A stretch of DNA of 64,000 nt from a virus. The DNA is taken from IMG/VR virus record IMGVR_UViG_3300047478_000138, positions 16,770 to 80,769 of that record, one strand, 5' to 3'. How positions within the stretch are numbered: the first letter of the stretch is position 1; every line of letters begins with the position of its first letter. This document shows, piece after piece, positions 27,360-37,339 of the stretch. Position numbers and translations under genes: made by a program. Below the pieces are notes generated by a model. That model was not told the origin of the DNA, made no database searches, and saw only the letters and a program-made list of their open reading frames with translations.

Positions 27360-28448
27360 CTATACTAACGGTTTGCCGTCTGGTGTACAGTCACGGAGTC
27401 CGATGAAAATTGGTTTAAGAGGCTTAAGGTCGTTAGACAGTACCTCGAATTCACACGTAGCCCATTTGCCAATATATGATTGCGGATCAAGAGATTCAAC
27501 AAATGCGTGTGTACCGACTGGTTTAGCCTTGAAAGTTAATGGTGGAGTTGTATGTGTATTCAAATGGAATACTGGGTGATTTCGTTTATCAAGCTCATAC
27601 CCAACAATTAAGAATTCTGCTGATTGTGCTTTCTTGTACTTGAACATATCGGATGAACGAACGTTGTGCTTATATAATGCTGATGTATTCTTTACAACTG
27701 TGCCTTCATACCCAAAAGTAGTACACTCCATGTAATGATGGTCAATAGCTTCTGTAGATAAACAAGTTACATTATAAATAACTGCTACAGTAGAATGAAT
27801 AGTTGTGTCAAAGTTGTTGTATGAGTGCATCAACATAGCGCGTTCATAGAACTGTTCAGTGGAGTCTGCTATATCAAATATGCAGAAACTAAGTAATGAG
27901 GAATTGTCATTAGTTTTGATTACTGCTGATGTGATATCTTGCAACGCAAAGCCGTGAATATACAATTCACCATTAAGTTCATTGGAGTTAAATAAATCCA
28001 TAGCCTGATGTACTAGTGGCTCAAGATGTGGGATTGGTGGATACAATTCACCTCCACGAGAATATAGGCGGAGAGTCCCATTAGTACGTTTGTATATGCC
28101 ATTAACTCCGTTAAGCTTTGAGGAACTAAAGCATGGAAACTTAACGTTGTGTAGTTGGTCCTGATAGGACTTGACTTTCATCGGAAGTTGCACAGTAACT
28201 GGTGCGGAGGGATCAGTTGAATATCCGGACTTGAGTTTCTTTGCAACAAGAGCTGCTGCTTCAAGTTCTGCTTGCTGATTAGCCGACGTCTCATTGGATT
28301 TGCCAAGATGTTTGCTTGTACAAGTAGTAACTGCAGTTTGCATAGCTCCATCAACTTGGCCAAATTGCACGGTATAAGTATCCTCAAAAGTTGATACTGA
28401 CCATTGCTGGATTGAGCCGTTCTTGTTAGATTTGAATAATGTTGTCAT
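27360..28448 (-). CDS. lig: ATP-dependent DNA ligase
   Basis: KLNG (KxDG variant), LYSRGG, LNGELY, FCIFDI, YEGTVVK, KYK; OB-fold tail. Confidence 0.88.
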   Translation of the reverse strand: MTTLFKSNKNGSIQQWSVSTFEDTYTVQFGQVDGAMQTAVTTCTSKHLGKSNETSANQQAELEAAALVAKKLKSGYSTDPSAPVTVQLPMKVKSYQDQLHNVKFPCFSSSKLNGVNGIYKRTNGTLRLYSRGGELYPPIPHLEPLVHQAMDLFNSNELNGELYIHGFALQDITSAVIKTNDNSSLLSFCIFDIADSTEQFYERAMLMHSYNNFDTTIHSTVAVIYNVTCLSTEAIDHHYMECTTFGYEGTVVKNTSALYKHNVRSSDMFKYKKAQSAEFLIVGYELDKRNHPVFHLNTHTTPPLTFKAKPVGTHAFVESLDPQSYIGKWATCEFEVLSNDLKPLKPIFIGLRDCTPDGKPLV

Positions 28449-28449
28449 A

Positions 28450-28638
28450 TTAATCCTTTAAATGTTTTGCTGCAAGATAAAATTGCATAATTTCTGATTT
28501 GTCTTCTATATTCTGTAGTGAGCCATATTCAAAATTGTCGATCATAGACGGTTCTAAGTGCCGATAAACTGCTTCTGCTATTTCATATGGAAGCAGTTCA
28601 GATTCATTCAGTACAGTAACCAGTTGTTCGATATCCAT
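28450..28638 (-). CDS. Hypothetical protein
   Basis: ORF with AAGGA RBS. Confidence 0.55.
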   Translation of the reverse strand: MDIEQLVTVLNESELLPYEIAEAVYRHLEPSMIDNFEYGSLQNIEDKSEIMQFYLAAKHLKD

Positions 28639-28773
28639 AGATATTTCCTTATAAAAATTTGCAGTTTAGTAGTTGGTGACGATGCCTACTACAACTCACA
28701 TTTGGACGACTTAAACTTGGTTTAATCAATTGCATGATATAATCTCCTATGAAAATAAGTAAAAAGGCCCTAT

Positions 28774-29730
28774 ATGAGAGTTTGTAGAACCTGTAAAGTA
28801 GAAAAAGATGAAAGTGAATTTTCTGTTAACAAACGTAATAAAGACAATTTAGAATATCATTGTAAAGAGTGTATTAAAGTATCTACTAAGGTGCAAAGAA
28901 ACAAAAGATTAGCCGATAGTAGATTTGCCAAAATAGAAAAAAAGAAACAGGATTTACTGGATAGGCAAAATGCCGCTGAAAAAGTTTGCTACACATGCAA
29001 AATTACTAAACCTTTAGGTGAATTTAATAAAAATAAACATGCAGTAGATGGATTATATCCTTCATGTACAGAATGTAAAAATTATAAAGCTAAAGAACGT
29101 CGTAAATTAGACATTGAATCAGCTAGAGCAAGAGATCGTGAATATAGGCATAAAAATAAAGACAAAAAAGCTTTATCAGATAAAAAATACCGAGAAACTA
29201 ATATAGAAACTCTAAAAATTAAGAAACAAGAGTATTATAAAGAAAATCGAGAAATATTAAGTTATAAAAATAAGCTTCGTAGAATAAACTTACCTCAATC
29301 AGATAAGTTAAACTTAAAGACTAAATCTCATAATCGTTATAAGAATCGTTCTGAAAAAGAAAAAGAAAATAGAAAAGAGTATGGTAAACACTATCATAAA
29401 ACTCCAACTGGAATGTTATCAAGCAGAAATAATAGAGGAAAAAGACGTGCTAATATACTGTCAGGTTCAGATGGAACAGTGACTTCACAAGCACTTGAAA
29501 CGCTTAAAGAAAAGCAAAATAATAAATGCTATCATTGTGAAGTAGAATTAGACTTTAGTATAAAAGGCACTGTAAATTTAGATCATTATATACCCTTATC
29601 TAAAGGAGGCTTACATTCCATAACAAATGTTGTATGGAGTTGTGCTTCCTGTAATAAGAGTAAAGGTAATAAAATGCCTGAAACTGTTTTAAACTTTAAT
29701 AAATTTAAGGTAGAAACCTTGCCCCAATGA
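28774..29730 (+). CDS. Free-standing HNH homing endonuclease
   Basis: Two CxxC..CxxC N-terminal repeats; CYHC...LDHYIPLSKGGLHSITNVVWSCASCNKSK; counter-oriented with own TGnTATAAT promoter at 28735-28743. Confidence 0.88.
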   Translation: MRVCRTCKVEKDESEFSVNKRNKDNLEYHCKECIKVSTKVQRNKRLADSRFAKIEKKKQDLLDRQNAAEKVCYTCKITKPLGEFNKNKHAVDGLYPSCTECKNYKAKERRKLDIESARARDREYRHKNKDKKALSDKKYRETNIETLKIKKQEYYKENREILSYKNKLRRINLPQSDKLNLKTKSHNRYKNRSEKEKENRKEYGKHYHKTPTGMLSSRNNRGKRRANILSGSDGTVTSQALETLKEKQNNKCYHCEVELDFSIKGTVNLDHYIPLSKGGLHSITNVVWSCASCNKSKGNKMPETVLNFNKFKVETLPQ

Positions 29731-32464
29731 GTTGATGTCTATGCCTAGTCATAGCAACAAAAGCTAAACATAGTTCAGCATGAGTTGATGGTGTAGGGAG
29801 AGTTTGGTGTGCTTCAATGGCTTCGATAATTGACTCGTTCAAATCGTTGTCAAGTTCAACAATATCCCATGTTCCCTTATATGTTCAAGTGCACCTCGTT
29901 AATGTGCATTCTGGTAATTTAATACCAACTATATGTCTCCATATAGAACAGACCATATCTTCATCCAATAATGGATGCTCACTATTTCGGATCACTTGAT
30001 CCTACTCCCTCGCGGGATGGTCGTTGAGGGTTCAACAGTAAATTAATACTACGTTGCTTCCCTGCTGATTGTCCATAGCTTATAGATTTTCAGGGTTCGC
30101 TATCTACTTTCGTGATAGTATCCTACTATAAGATTGACTGGAGTTTCCAGCATAAAAATGAGTTTGCATATGCAGATTACTCTGCATAGGGGCAATTAAA
30201 TTTAATTATTATACATTATTGCTATAACACCACTTATAACCATAACTTGTTTTTTGTCTATTTCTGCAGGTACTTGTAATACTATCTCCAGAAAGAGCGC
30301 CTACAAATTCCGCTGCTTCTATAGCAGAATTAAAAGATCTTAAATACACTCCATCAAGAGTGAGTTGATCAATTTTACGTCCACAAGCTTCTCTAGTATT
30401 AATTGAAGAAGACACAAAAGAAATTGTGTGCGGAGCATATACTGCAGGAGATATTCCAAGTTCTCTACATTTGATATCCTTATCAATTTCAAGGCCTTTA
30501 GCCCATCCATTTGAAGTACACCATGTTATAAATGCTACTGGATCATCTATCCATTCAGGTGCCATAGTCACGCCTTTACCACCATAATTATGATAGTCCT
30601 TACGTAGAGGAGAGTAGCAACGTTGTTTAATTCCGTTCCATATAGGATATAAAGGATGAGTATGCATTCGTTTATTCTCAGAAGCACAAGTAATACACTT
30701 AGTTTGGGACTTTGCTGTAGTCCCTGTTGCTCGTGCTTTAAAATGTGCTTTACATTCAGTACATTCAAATATGGCATATCTTGCTATATTCGTAGAAGAG
30801 TCTGAGGCAGTAGTCATTCCTAAATCTTCAATAATAGTCATCTGAAATTCAGATTGTATTAATGGTTTAGTTATAGCTTTCTGTTGAGACTCTTTTGCAC
30901 ATTCTGTACAGTATAAACTTTTCTTTGCATTTTGCACATCTCGTTCAATGTGCTTTGCACAAACTGTACATGCAAATATTGCATAACGTTTAGGGGACTT
31001 CATTCCTGGTTTATGTATTGTTCCAAGATCCTGTATAATAAGCATTTTATACTCTGCTTGATTTAGTGGTTTTCGTGATGTATGTTTCATATAAGCTCCT
31101 TTATGATTTGTTAGTATAACTAAACAAAGTTAATAGTTTGCTTAAATGAGCGGTGTGTATAATAATTAAAATTTACCCTTAGAAGTGTGGGCAGTTAACA
31201 AATACAAGTTAGATGCTACCATAGTTTGCTCTTTGGCATGATTGTATGCGTTGAGAATGTCGTCAGATCCGTGATTAAGTACTAATTGAATAGCTGACTT
31301 AAGTCGTGCATCCTCCGGATTTGCTTGTAATAAGTACTTATACAAGCTGATAGATTCACGTTTCTTCGCTGATAGTGAACCCCAATCATCAATGTCGTGT
31401 TGTAAATGCTTCAGTTCAAAGTCCTTCTGATCAAACGCTGGTTTAGCAAAGATTAGAGCACGTGGAAGCTTGAAAATTTGGTCAAGTTTGGTTTTGTGTG
31501 ATAGATGATATGTCAGGTTTGCTTTGTTGTACTCAATCATCTTGCCAATAAGAGTGTTGTTATTACGTACAAGATATGCTTTGGTAACAGATTTGACTTT
31601 AGTTGGATATTCCATGCCTTCAAATACTGCGTCAGGATCAAGGTAAGTTTGCAAGAAAGTCTCAATTGCTGGTGCATAGGATTGATCAACTCGGAAGGAT
31701 TTACTGAGTTGCAATACCTTCGCATCAGGATAAAACTGAAAACCATCCTTCAGATTAAGGAATTCGAAAATTGATTGATTAGAATCACCAACGAATATCT
31801 TCTGCGTTGCTGGAATTGCATCAATGATGTCAAGTGCCATACCTGACATATCCTGAAATTCATCCACAAGTAAGCGGTCTACTGACGGTAATTGGATAGT
31901 TCCATTCATAACAAATATGTGAAATAACTTGAGGTAAAATGAATGGGTGATAGGCATTCCCCCAGAAGCCATTTGGTTCAGCAGTTGCTTCAGTAATGGT
32001 ACAAGGCGATAATTAAACTCAGGATTGTCGTGATTAGCGTTAGAGTAAGCATCGACTGATGTGAAGTCGGATAAACAGTACTGCTCAATCATTTGGATCA
32101 ATTCAAAATCAGAACCAAAAGGTCGCTTGATAGACTTAGGTAGATCACGCCAAGTAAGAAATGGACGGACCATACCAAGTGAGTACTGCTTCACAGTGTA
32201 CGAGTATGCAAATGCATGTAAGGTGGATACAATTGAATTGCTGCCAAACTCGCGTTTAGCCTCTGCTGCAGCCATAGATCCGAAGATTAAATAACGACAA
32301 GTAGCTTCAGGATAAATTGATTTGTAGCGTCGAATAGCTTCCACAAGAGATGATGATTTAGCGGCTCCAGCGACTGCCTTAATAAGAACGATTGGAGAAG
32401 TTGGATTGATAACCTCATCAAAGATTGCTACTTGCTGTGGGGAGTATGAAAATAAATTGCTCAT
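29705..32464 (-). CDS. UvrD/Rep-like SF1 helicase, spliced: exon 1 32464-31175, exon 2 29875-29705 (486 aa)
   Basis: AVAGAAKS, STLHA, DEFQD, VGDSNQSIF, LSKSFR; splicing gives TAHTSKG|GTWD...ELCLAFVAMTRH (motifs V and VI). Confidence 0.88.
29876..31174 (-). mobile_element. Group I intron in helicase gene, with endonuclease ORF in the P1 loop
   Basis: GGGU|AA pairs with UUGCCC located after the ORF; P/Q UGCUGGAAA / AAUCAGCAGG; P7 GACCA / AAGAUAUGGUCU; terminal G at 29876. Confidence 0.88.
30209..31090 (-). CDS. Intron-encoded homing endonuclease (zinc ribbons, HNH-like core, NUMOD1-type tail)
   Basis: Duplicated QDLG...YAIFxCxxC; LYPIWNGIKQRCY...YGGKG...EIDKD; C-terminal FNSAIEAAEF...GYKWCY. 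Confidence 0.82.
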   Translation of the reverse strand: MKHTSRKPLNQAEYKMLIIQDLGTIHKPGMKSPKRYAIFACTVCAKHIERDVQNAKKSLYCTECAKESQQKAITKPLIQSEFQMTIIEDLGMTTASDSSTNIARYAIFECTECKAHFKARATGTTAKSQTKCITCASENKRMHTHPLYPIWNGIKQRCYSPLRKDYHNYGGKGVTMAPEWIDDPVAFITWCTSNGWAKGLEIDKDIKCRELGISPAVYAPHTISFVSSSINTREACGRKIDQLTLDGVYLRSFNSAIEAAEFVGALSGDSITSTCRNRQKTSYGYKWCYSNNV

Positions 32465-32823
32465 TGCATTCCTAATAAAATTGGTTGAAGTTTCTCTGGA
32501 GCTGTATATGCACTTGCAGTCCACATAATTGGATCACTAGTAAATATATGACGAAATTCAGATTGAATCCAGTCTATAAGAAATGGAGTTACGGTAATCG
32601 CACCAGGATTGTGCCAGATAAAACCAATTGGTCTACTCCCACCTCTACTAATTCCTCTTGCTAGAGTACGTGTAGATTGAGCTAATAACTTAATAGCCAG
32701 TCCACTTCCATCAGGAAATCGGAGTTCAATCCATGAGACAGATTTACGTCGAATTGGATGTCGTTCAAATTCCTGTTCAAGTACTGATAAGTGACTTATA
32801 GATCCTGTAGTAATAAATGACAT
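32461..32823 (-). CDS. Hypothetical protein
   Basis: ORF coupled to the helicase start (ATGA). Confidence 0.55.
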   Translation of the reverse strand: MSFITTGSISHLSVLEQEFERHPIRRKSVSWIELRFPDGSGLAIKLLAQSTRTLARGISRGGSRPIGFIWHNPGAITVTPFLIDWIQSEFRHIFTSDPIMWTASAYTAPEKLQPILLGMQ

Positions 32824-32926
32824 GAGAAAGCCTTAATAAAATTGGTTGGAGTAGTTGGTTCAACAGGTACAAAGGACTAACAAAGACCTGCTGAACCAAC
32901 TACTATATACTAGTAGTTGGCGTAGA

Positions 32927-33322
32927 TTACTCTACGTAAGCTGGAGATTCAGACTCTTCATCTTCATATGGAGGTTGTGTATCTATCGATTCATAATCAG
33001 TAGACTCCTCTTCGATGACGCCTGCTGAAGGTTTAACTGCAGTAGTTGATTGCTTAGGTTGTCTAAGTACAACAGTAGTGATTCCATCTGCATCTGTATC
33101 GCCTAAAGTGATGGTAGTGAATGTTGGGAACTGAGTGAATGAACTTGCTAAAAATGGGTTAAGGATACGCTTGATAGCGTTCGATGCTAATGGATCAGTC
33201 ATAGCTTCTGCGATGATTGAGTTTAGCTCAGATTTAGTTAATTCGATGTTAATTTGTGGTTTAATGATTTCCAATTGGATTCCTTTCTGGAGTTGATGTA
33301 AAAATTTAGTTTGCTGGATCAT
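32927..33322 (-). CDS. Hypothetical protein with acidic tail
   Basis: ORF in replication operon. Confidence 0.55.
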   Translation of the reverse strand: MIQQTKFLHQLQKGIQLEIIKPQINIELTKSELNSIIAEAMTDPLASNAIKRILNPFLASSFTQFPTFTTITLGDTDADGITTVVLRQPKQSTTAVKPSAGVIEEESTDYESIDTQPPYEDEESESPAYVE

Positions 33323-33512
33323 TACTGATCACCAATAGTTTCTCATTAGTGAGTAACTCTTTACGAAGTTGAGTTGACATGTTGTCAAGATGCTTAGAGC
33401 ACTCACGAATGACTCTGCTAGATTCACGAGATTGTACTAATGAATGTGCTGCAATAGCACCTAGAGCGGACTCTAGTGCTGATTGATACTGGTTGAGAGT
33501 AGACTCATCCAT
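33306..33512 (-). CDS. Hypothetical protein
   Basis: TAATG-coupled to the upstream gene. Confidence 0.55.
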   Translation of the reverse strand: MDESTLNQYQSALESALGAIAAHSLVQSRESSRVIRECSKHLDNMSTQLRKELLTNEKLLVISNDPAN

Positions 33513-34300
33513 TAGAATGGCTTAACTGCTGCTCCAGCTGCAGCTCCACCAGTAGTTGCTGATTCAGTTGCAGGAATAGTTCCACCTGATTGAATTATCT
33601 TTAATTCCTGTATACAAGCACGATTAGTTCTGTCATTGTACTTGATAGATGCAGCTGCTTTGGCTTTCTTCACTGCTTCAACGATTGCTATTGGTTCAGT
33701 TTTGCCTGCTTCAACTTCTGCGAGAGAAAGTCTATTAACATTGAATAGTGCATCCATGTTAAGTTCCTGGTTTCTCCAGCATTTATTTGCATCTTTGCCA
33801 TCTGCTGAGATTACGTAAGATGAAATACCTGTGAATTGCTTGCCAATAAGTGCTGTCCATGATTCAACTGCTACTTGACCTTTCTCTGGGAAAGTTACTG
33901 TTGCTGGTTTAATACCTGCACCGAATTGATTTGCATCAAGGCCTACTACTTTCCATAGGTTGTTAAGTTGACCGATTGCGCGTACGTTGTCGTATTCTGC
34001 ACCTTCCGTGTCAAGGTATGTTTTCACACCGTTAACTGAGTATTCTCCAGCTTTAACAACGCCTTTATCGTCTTTGCCGACTTTCTGCTTCAAGAAGCCT
34101 GTCCAGTCGATTGTCTTGCCTTCAGCATCTTCCATCTTCAATACGAAACGTGGATATGTTCCGTTCTCTGAAGCGATTTCGTATGCTTCTTTGATAGTTA
34201 ACTTGTGCTCTCCGTCAGAGTTCACTTTAACACCTGATTTGCCTAATTTTGCCTTGTCTTCTGCTGACATGTTAGTTAATATGTTTGCGATAATACTCAA
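33512..34300 (-). CDS. Putative single-stranded DNA-binding protein
   Basis: OB-like N-terminus (GEHKLTIKEAY), flexible tail ending in PF; lies downstream of the Sak4-like ATPase. Confidence 0.6.
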   Translation of the reverse strand: MSIIANILTNMSAEDKAKLGKSGVKVNSDGEHKLTIKEAYEIASENGTYPRFVLKMEDAEGKTIDWTGFLKQKVGKDDKGVVKAGEYSVNGVKTYLDTEGAEYDNVRAIGQLNNLWKVVGLDANQFGAGIKPATVTFPEKGQVAVESWTALIGKQFTGISSYVISADGKDANKCWRNQELNMDALFNVNRLSLAEVEAGKTEPIAIVEAVKKAKAAASIKYNDRTNRACIQELKIIQSGGTIPATESATTGGAAAGAAVKPF

Positions 34301-34374
34301 ATTGTATCCTTTATGATTTAATTAAATTGTTACTACTTACGTAGTGCCTCTGGTTAAATGTTGTGCAGTTATAG

Positions 34375-34605
34375 TCAGGCTGACAAAGCTCTAAGAGCTG
34401 TAACTAATGCTTTAACTTGTTCGTCTGTGCAAGTTTCTAGTAAATGCTTGAGACGTTTGCCGTTCGATTCAGTTGATTGCATGTCTATGTCAAGATCATC
34501 CACTAAGTCCTCAAATTCTGCTCTAGTTAGGTTAAGCACATAACCCGCACTTGGAGAGAATTCAGCCATGTAAGACTTGATTTGCTTATGAGTTAGTGAG
34601 TTCAC
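34375..34605 (-). CDS. Small protein resembling the N-terminal domain of Abi/TIR/Mrr-type defence proteins
   Basis: GYVLNLTRAEF...DID...SNGKRLKHLL...VKALVTAL. Confidence 0.45.
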   Translation of the reverse strand: MNSLTHKQIKSYMAEFSPSAGYVLNLTRAEFEDLVDDLDIDMQSTESNGKRLKHLLETCTDEQVKALVTALRALSA

Positions 34606-34777
34606 TTAATAGCTCCGTTTCGTCTGTGAGTTCGTATTCCGCAGAATCTACTACATAATTCCAATCATGCTCAGAGTAATTCTCCTCTGCAAGACGTTCT
34701 GCTTCTAGTACAGAATTTGCTTCTATGTCTGCATATTCATATTCTTTACGAATATAAAATACTCTATAAGTTGCCAT
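34586..34777 (-). CDS. Hypothetical protein
   Basis: Common phage IEANSxxEA motif; acidic. Confidence 0.55.
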   Translation of the reverse strand: MATYRVFYIRKEYEYADIEANSVLEAERLAEENYSEHDWNYVVDSAEYELTDETELLSELTNS

Positions 34778-34778
34778 A

Positions 34779-35525
34779 CTAAATCTCTACTAACTTGCCA
34801 TCAACAACGTGCTTACGCTTGGATAAAACTTGTTCGAGATCATCTACCGATACACGAGGGATCTTAAAATGCCCTGCTGCAAGTTTAGTCTTCGTAGTGT
34901 TTGCTGGATCGAATACATCAGATTCAAAATAGAATTGACGATCTTCAAGGACTGTCTCTACAACTGTTGAGAATGACTCCTCAATGATGTTAGTATGCTC
35001 CTTGCCTTTCGTGGTTACGTATCGCTTCTCGTTAACATTGTGACCAAGTTTCGGCGGATAGTGTGCTGACACGTATGTGAACTTACCATAAGTAAGTGTG
35101 CAAGATTTGATAGTTTCCAAAATTTTCGTGATTGAGTTGTTATAACCGTTCCAAATATCAAAGCCCTTGAACTGCGCTGCTGCCCAACGGTTAAGTAACT
35201 TAGTCATAAGAGTAAATGTATCTAGAAAAATTCTATCACATCCGTCATATGCTGCTACTGAAATGATGTCCTTGCAGATGTTGTCTACCATATCGTAATC
35301 ATCTATATTGAAGTCACGGTATACCTTTGCAAATACTGCATCGTCATCCTCATCCTCACAAATTGCTTTGTTGTCGAAGTTAAAGATAACTGTACGCTTA
35401 CGCTCCTCATCAGATAACTGTGAGAATGCATAAGACTTTCCTGAACCGGTTTCACTTGCTAGTAAAACTGGGTAATGTGATGTTAATCGCTTACGGTCAG
35501 TAAGGGTTAAACCTGATAAATTCAT
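34779..35525 (-). CDS. Sak4-like P-loop ATPase / recombinase
   Basis: ASETGSGKS, IFLDTFT, GFDIW, SAH. Confidence 0.72.
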   Translation of the reverse strand: MNLSGLTLTDRKRLTSHYPVLLASETGSGKSYAFSQLSDEERKRTVIFNFDNKAICEDEDDDAVFAKVYRDFNIDDYDMVDNICKDIISVAAYDGCDRIFLDTFTLMTKLLNRWAAAQFKGFDIWNGYNNSITKILETIKSCTLTYGKFTYVSAHYPPKLGHNVNEKRYVTTKGKEHTNIIEESFSTVVETVLEDRQFYFESDVFDPANTTKTKLAAGHFKIPRVSVDDLEQVLSKRKHVVDGKLVEI

Positions 35526-35642
35526 TGTAATTCCTTTCCTGTAAAATAGATTGCTAATCCTGCAACTGCCAAATCAGCACTTCCTGCTAATCCTGCAATA
35601 GTTGTTGTACCTAATAAAATAAAGTTAATCATTTTATAATAT

Positions 35643-36434
35643 TTACTCATGTGTGATCCTTTGTTGTTTGATAAAATTAAGTACACGACGGGATAGTTCC
35701 TGTTGGGACTTAGGGATTAAGAACAAGGAGTTAACATAATTAACTACCTGTTCCACTTGAGAATAGGATAAACCCATCTCCATTGCTTTATATGCAGCGC
35801 TAAGTAATGACTTAGTGCGCCTGCCTTTCGTTGCATGCTGATACGAGTTGAACTCATGCAATAGCTCAGATATATCCTCCGTAGGACTAGTGGTTCGGTA
35901 CTCCGGTAAAGATAAATCAACTAGATAATCCTCAACAATTAATGGTGATTCAGTAAAGTTAAATAGTACTAGTGAACCAGCATAGGAATAGTACTTTTGT
36001 GCGGGCTTAGACGATGCCGTATCCATATCGGAGATTAATCCATTCACACGAATCCCAGTGACTACTGAGCGATACTCCGTTGAATCAACAGATCGACTAA
36101 GTGGGATTAACACACGATACTTATATAAATTGTTGGTGTTTGATGTTGTTGCTATAATACACTCCAAATCCTCATCAATGAGTTGTTGCAAACGATCATA
36201 AATCGACAATGATGTCGAGTCAACATCAATAATTACGAATTGTGCATCCGAACAAATGTTGAATGTTCCTTGTTCATATCCGATGTAATTGAATGGTGAG
36301 AACATATAGTCCTTCACCAAAAGTTCAGTTAAGTCAGTAAAATTACACTCTACAAAGCGTTCGTAGTGCTTAATCCACTGACGTTCATCCTTGGAGTAAT
36401 TGGGTAGTTCACGTACTGAAAGAGTTACTTGCAT
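35643..36434 (-). CDS. AEP-type primase/polymerase-like protein with helical C-terminal domain
   Basis: FVIIDVD, ATTS...YKYRVLIPLSR, KGRRT..L. Confidence 0.6.
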   Translation of the reverse strand: MQVTLSVRELPNYSKDERQWIKHYERFVECNFTDLTELLVKDYMFSPFNYIGYEQGTFNICSDAQFVIIDVDSTSLSIYDRLQQLIDEDLECIIATTSNTNNLYKYRVLIPLSRSVDSTEYRSVVTGIRVNGLISDMDTASSKPAQKYYSYAGSLVLFNFTESPLIVEDYLVDLSLPEYRTTSPTEDISELLHEFNSYQHATKGRRTKSLLSAAYKAMEMGLSYSQVEQVVNYVNSLFLIPKSQQELSRRVLNFIKQQRITHE

Positions 36435-36913
36435 GGCTTTGACTCAGCCCACACACGTTCAAAATATGCTGTTTGCTCTCCATGCATAATAAAAAAGTCA
36501 GGATTAAACATATATTGATGTCTGCGCACTCTGCGTACAAGATCCTCCTTACATAGAAGGTTAAATCCCTTCAAGAATGTTTCGTATTTAATAGAACCAT
36601 GTGCTGCTGGATCAAAGAATGCTGAATCAGGGGCTAAGGTTGCTATATAATTTAATGAATTTAGTTCCTTATCCCATATAATTGAGTCCTTGATGAATTT
36701 AATGACAGTACGTTCATTGTTGCTAATGCGAGTCACCACATCAATGAAATCTATTCCAGTAAATTGCCAATCTGCTTTCTGGCCTTCTTCTGCTACGTTA
36801 TTCCATGATTCTCTACCAACCATATAAAATCCTCTGTTTGATTTCTGTTTAGTGCGCTTAATAAGCTCTTCATTAGCTCTTAAGGTAACCTGTACTATAC
36901 TTTGCTTGTCCAT
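36425..36913 (-). CDS. RepL-like winged-helix protein
   Basis: KGFNLLCKEDLVRRVRRHQYMFNPDFF; own promoter. Confidence 0.5.
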   Translation of the reverse strand: MDKQSIVQVTLRANEELIKRTKQKSNRGFYMVGRESWNNVAEEGQKADWQFTGIDFIDVVTRISNNERTVIKFIKDSIIWDKELNSLNYIATLAPDSAFFDPAAHGSIKYETFLKGFNLLCKEDLVRRVRRHQYMFNPDFFIMHGEQTAYFERVWAESKPCK

Positions 36914-36948
36914 ATAAAATCCCTTTGCATGATTTGTTTCGCAAGTAA

Positions 36949-36971
36949 ATTATAGCAAAGGACTACTTAAA
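36949..36971 (-). promoter_or_regulatory. Host sigma70-type promoter
   Basis: TTTAAG-N11-TATAAT with extended TG on the minus strand. Confidence 0.65.
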
Positions 36972-37099
36972 CTCCGCATAAATCATGCACAAAATCAAGA
37001 AATTCTTCCTAAATTATGCTTAAATTAACATGGTAAAAGTCCTGAAATAGGGAGTTAATTGCATGTTGCTACATTATATAATATACTATACGGAAAGAG

Positions 37100-37330
37100 T
37101 TACTTGCACGATTCGAAACTGTTGCATCCGAAAGTGGTAAATGTTGCTTCTGGATCTACTTGCAGAATTGAGTCCTGTACAGAACATCCATAACCATCAT
37201 GTTTACAATTCGTACAAGTCTGCTGTTCAAAGTTATCATAAATACGATCTACTGCATGTTTAAGGTTCTGATAATCATATGAATTAATTGTACAATTGGT
37301 TACTAATGCTATTGCATCATTTCGTGTCAT
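37100..37330 (-). CDS. Hypothetical Cys-rich protein (paralog of 63511-63861)
   Basis: IYDNF...TCTNCKH...FGCNSFE. Confidence 0.6.
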   Translation of the reverse strand: MTRNDAIALVTNCTINSYDYQNLKHAVDRIYDNFEQQTCTNCKHDGYGCSVQDSILQVDPEATFTTFGCNSFESCK

Positions 37331-37339
37331 TTGCTACTC

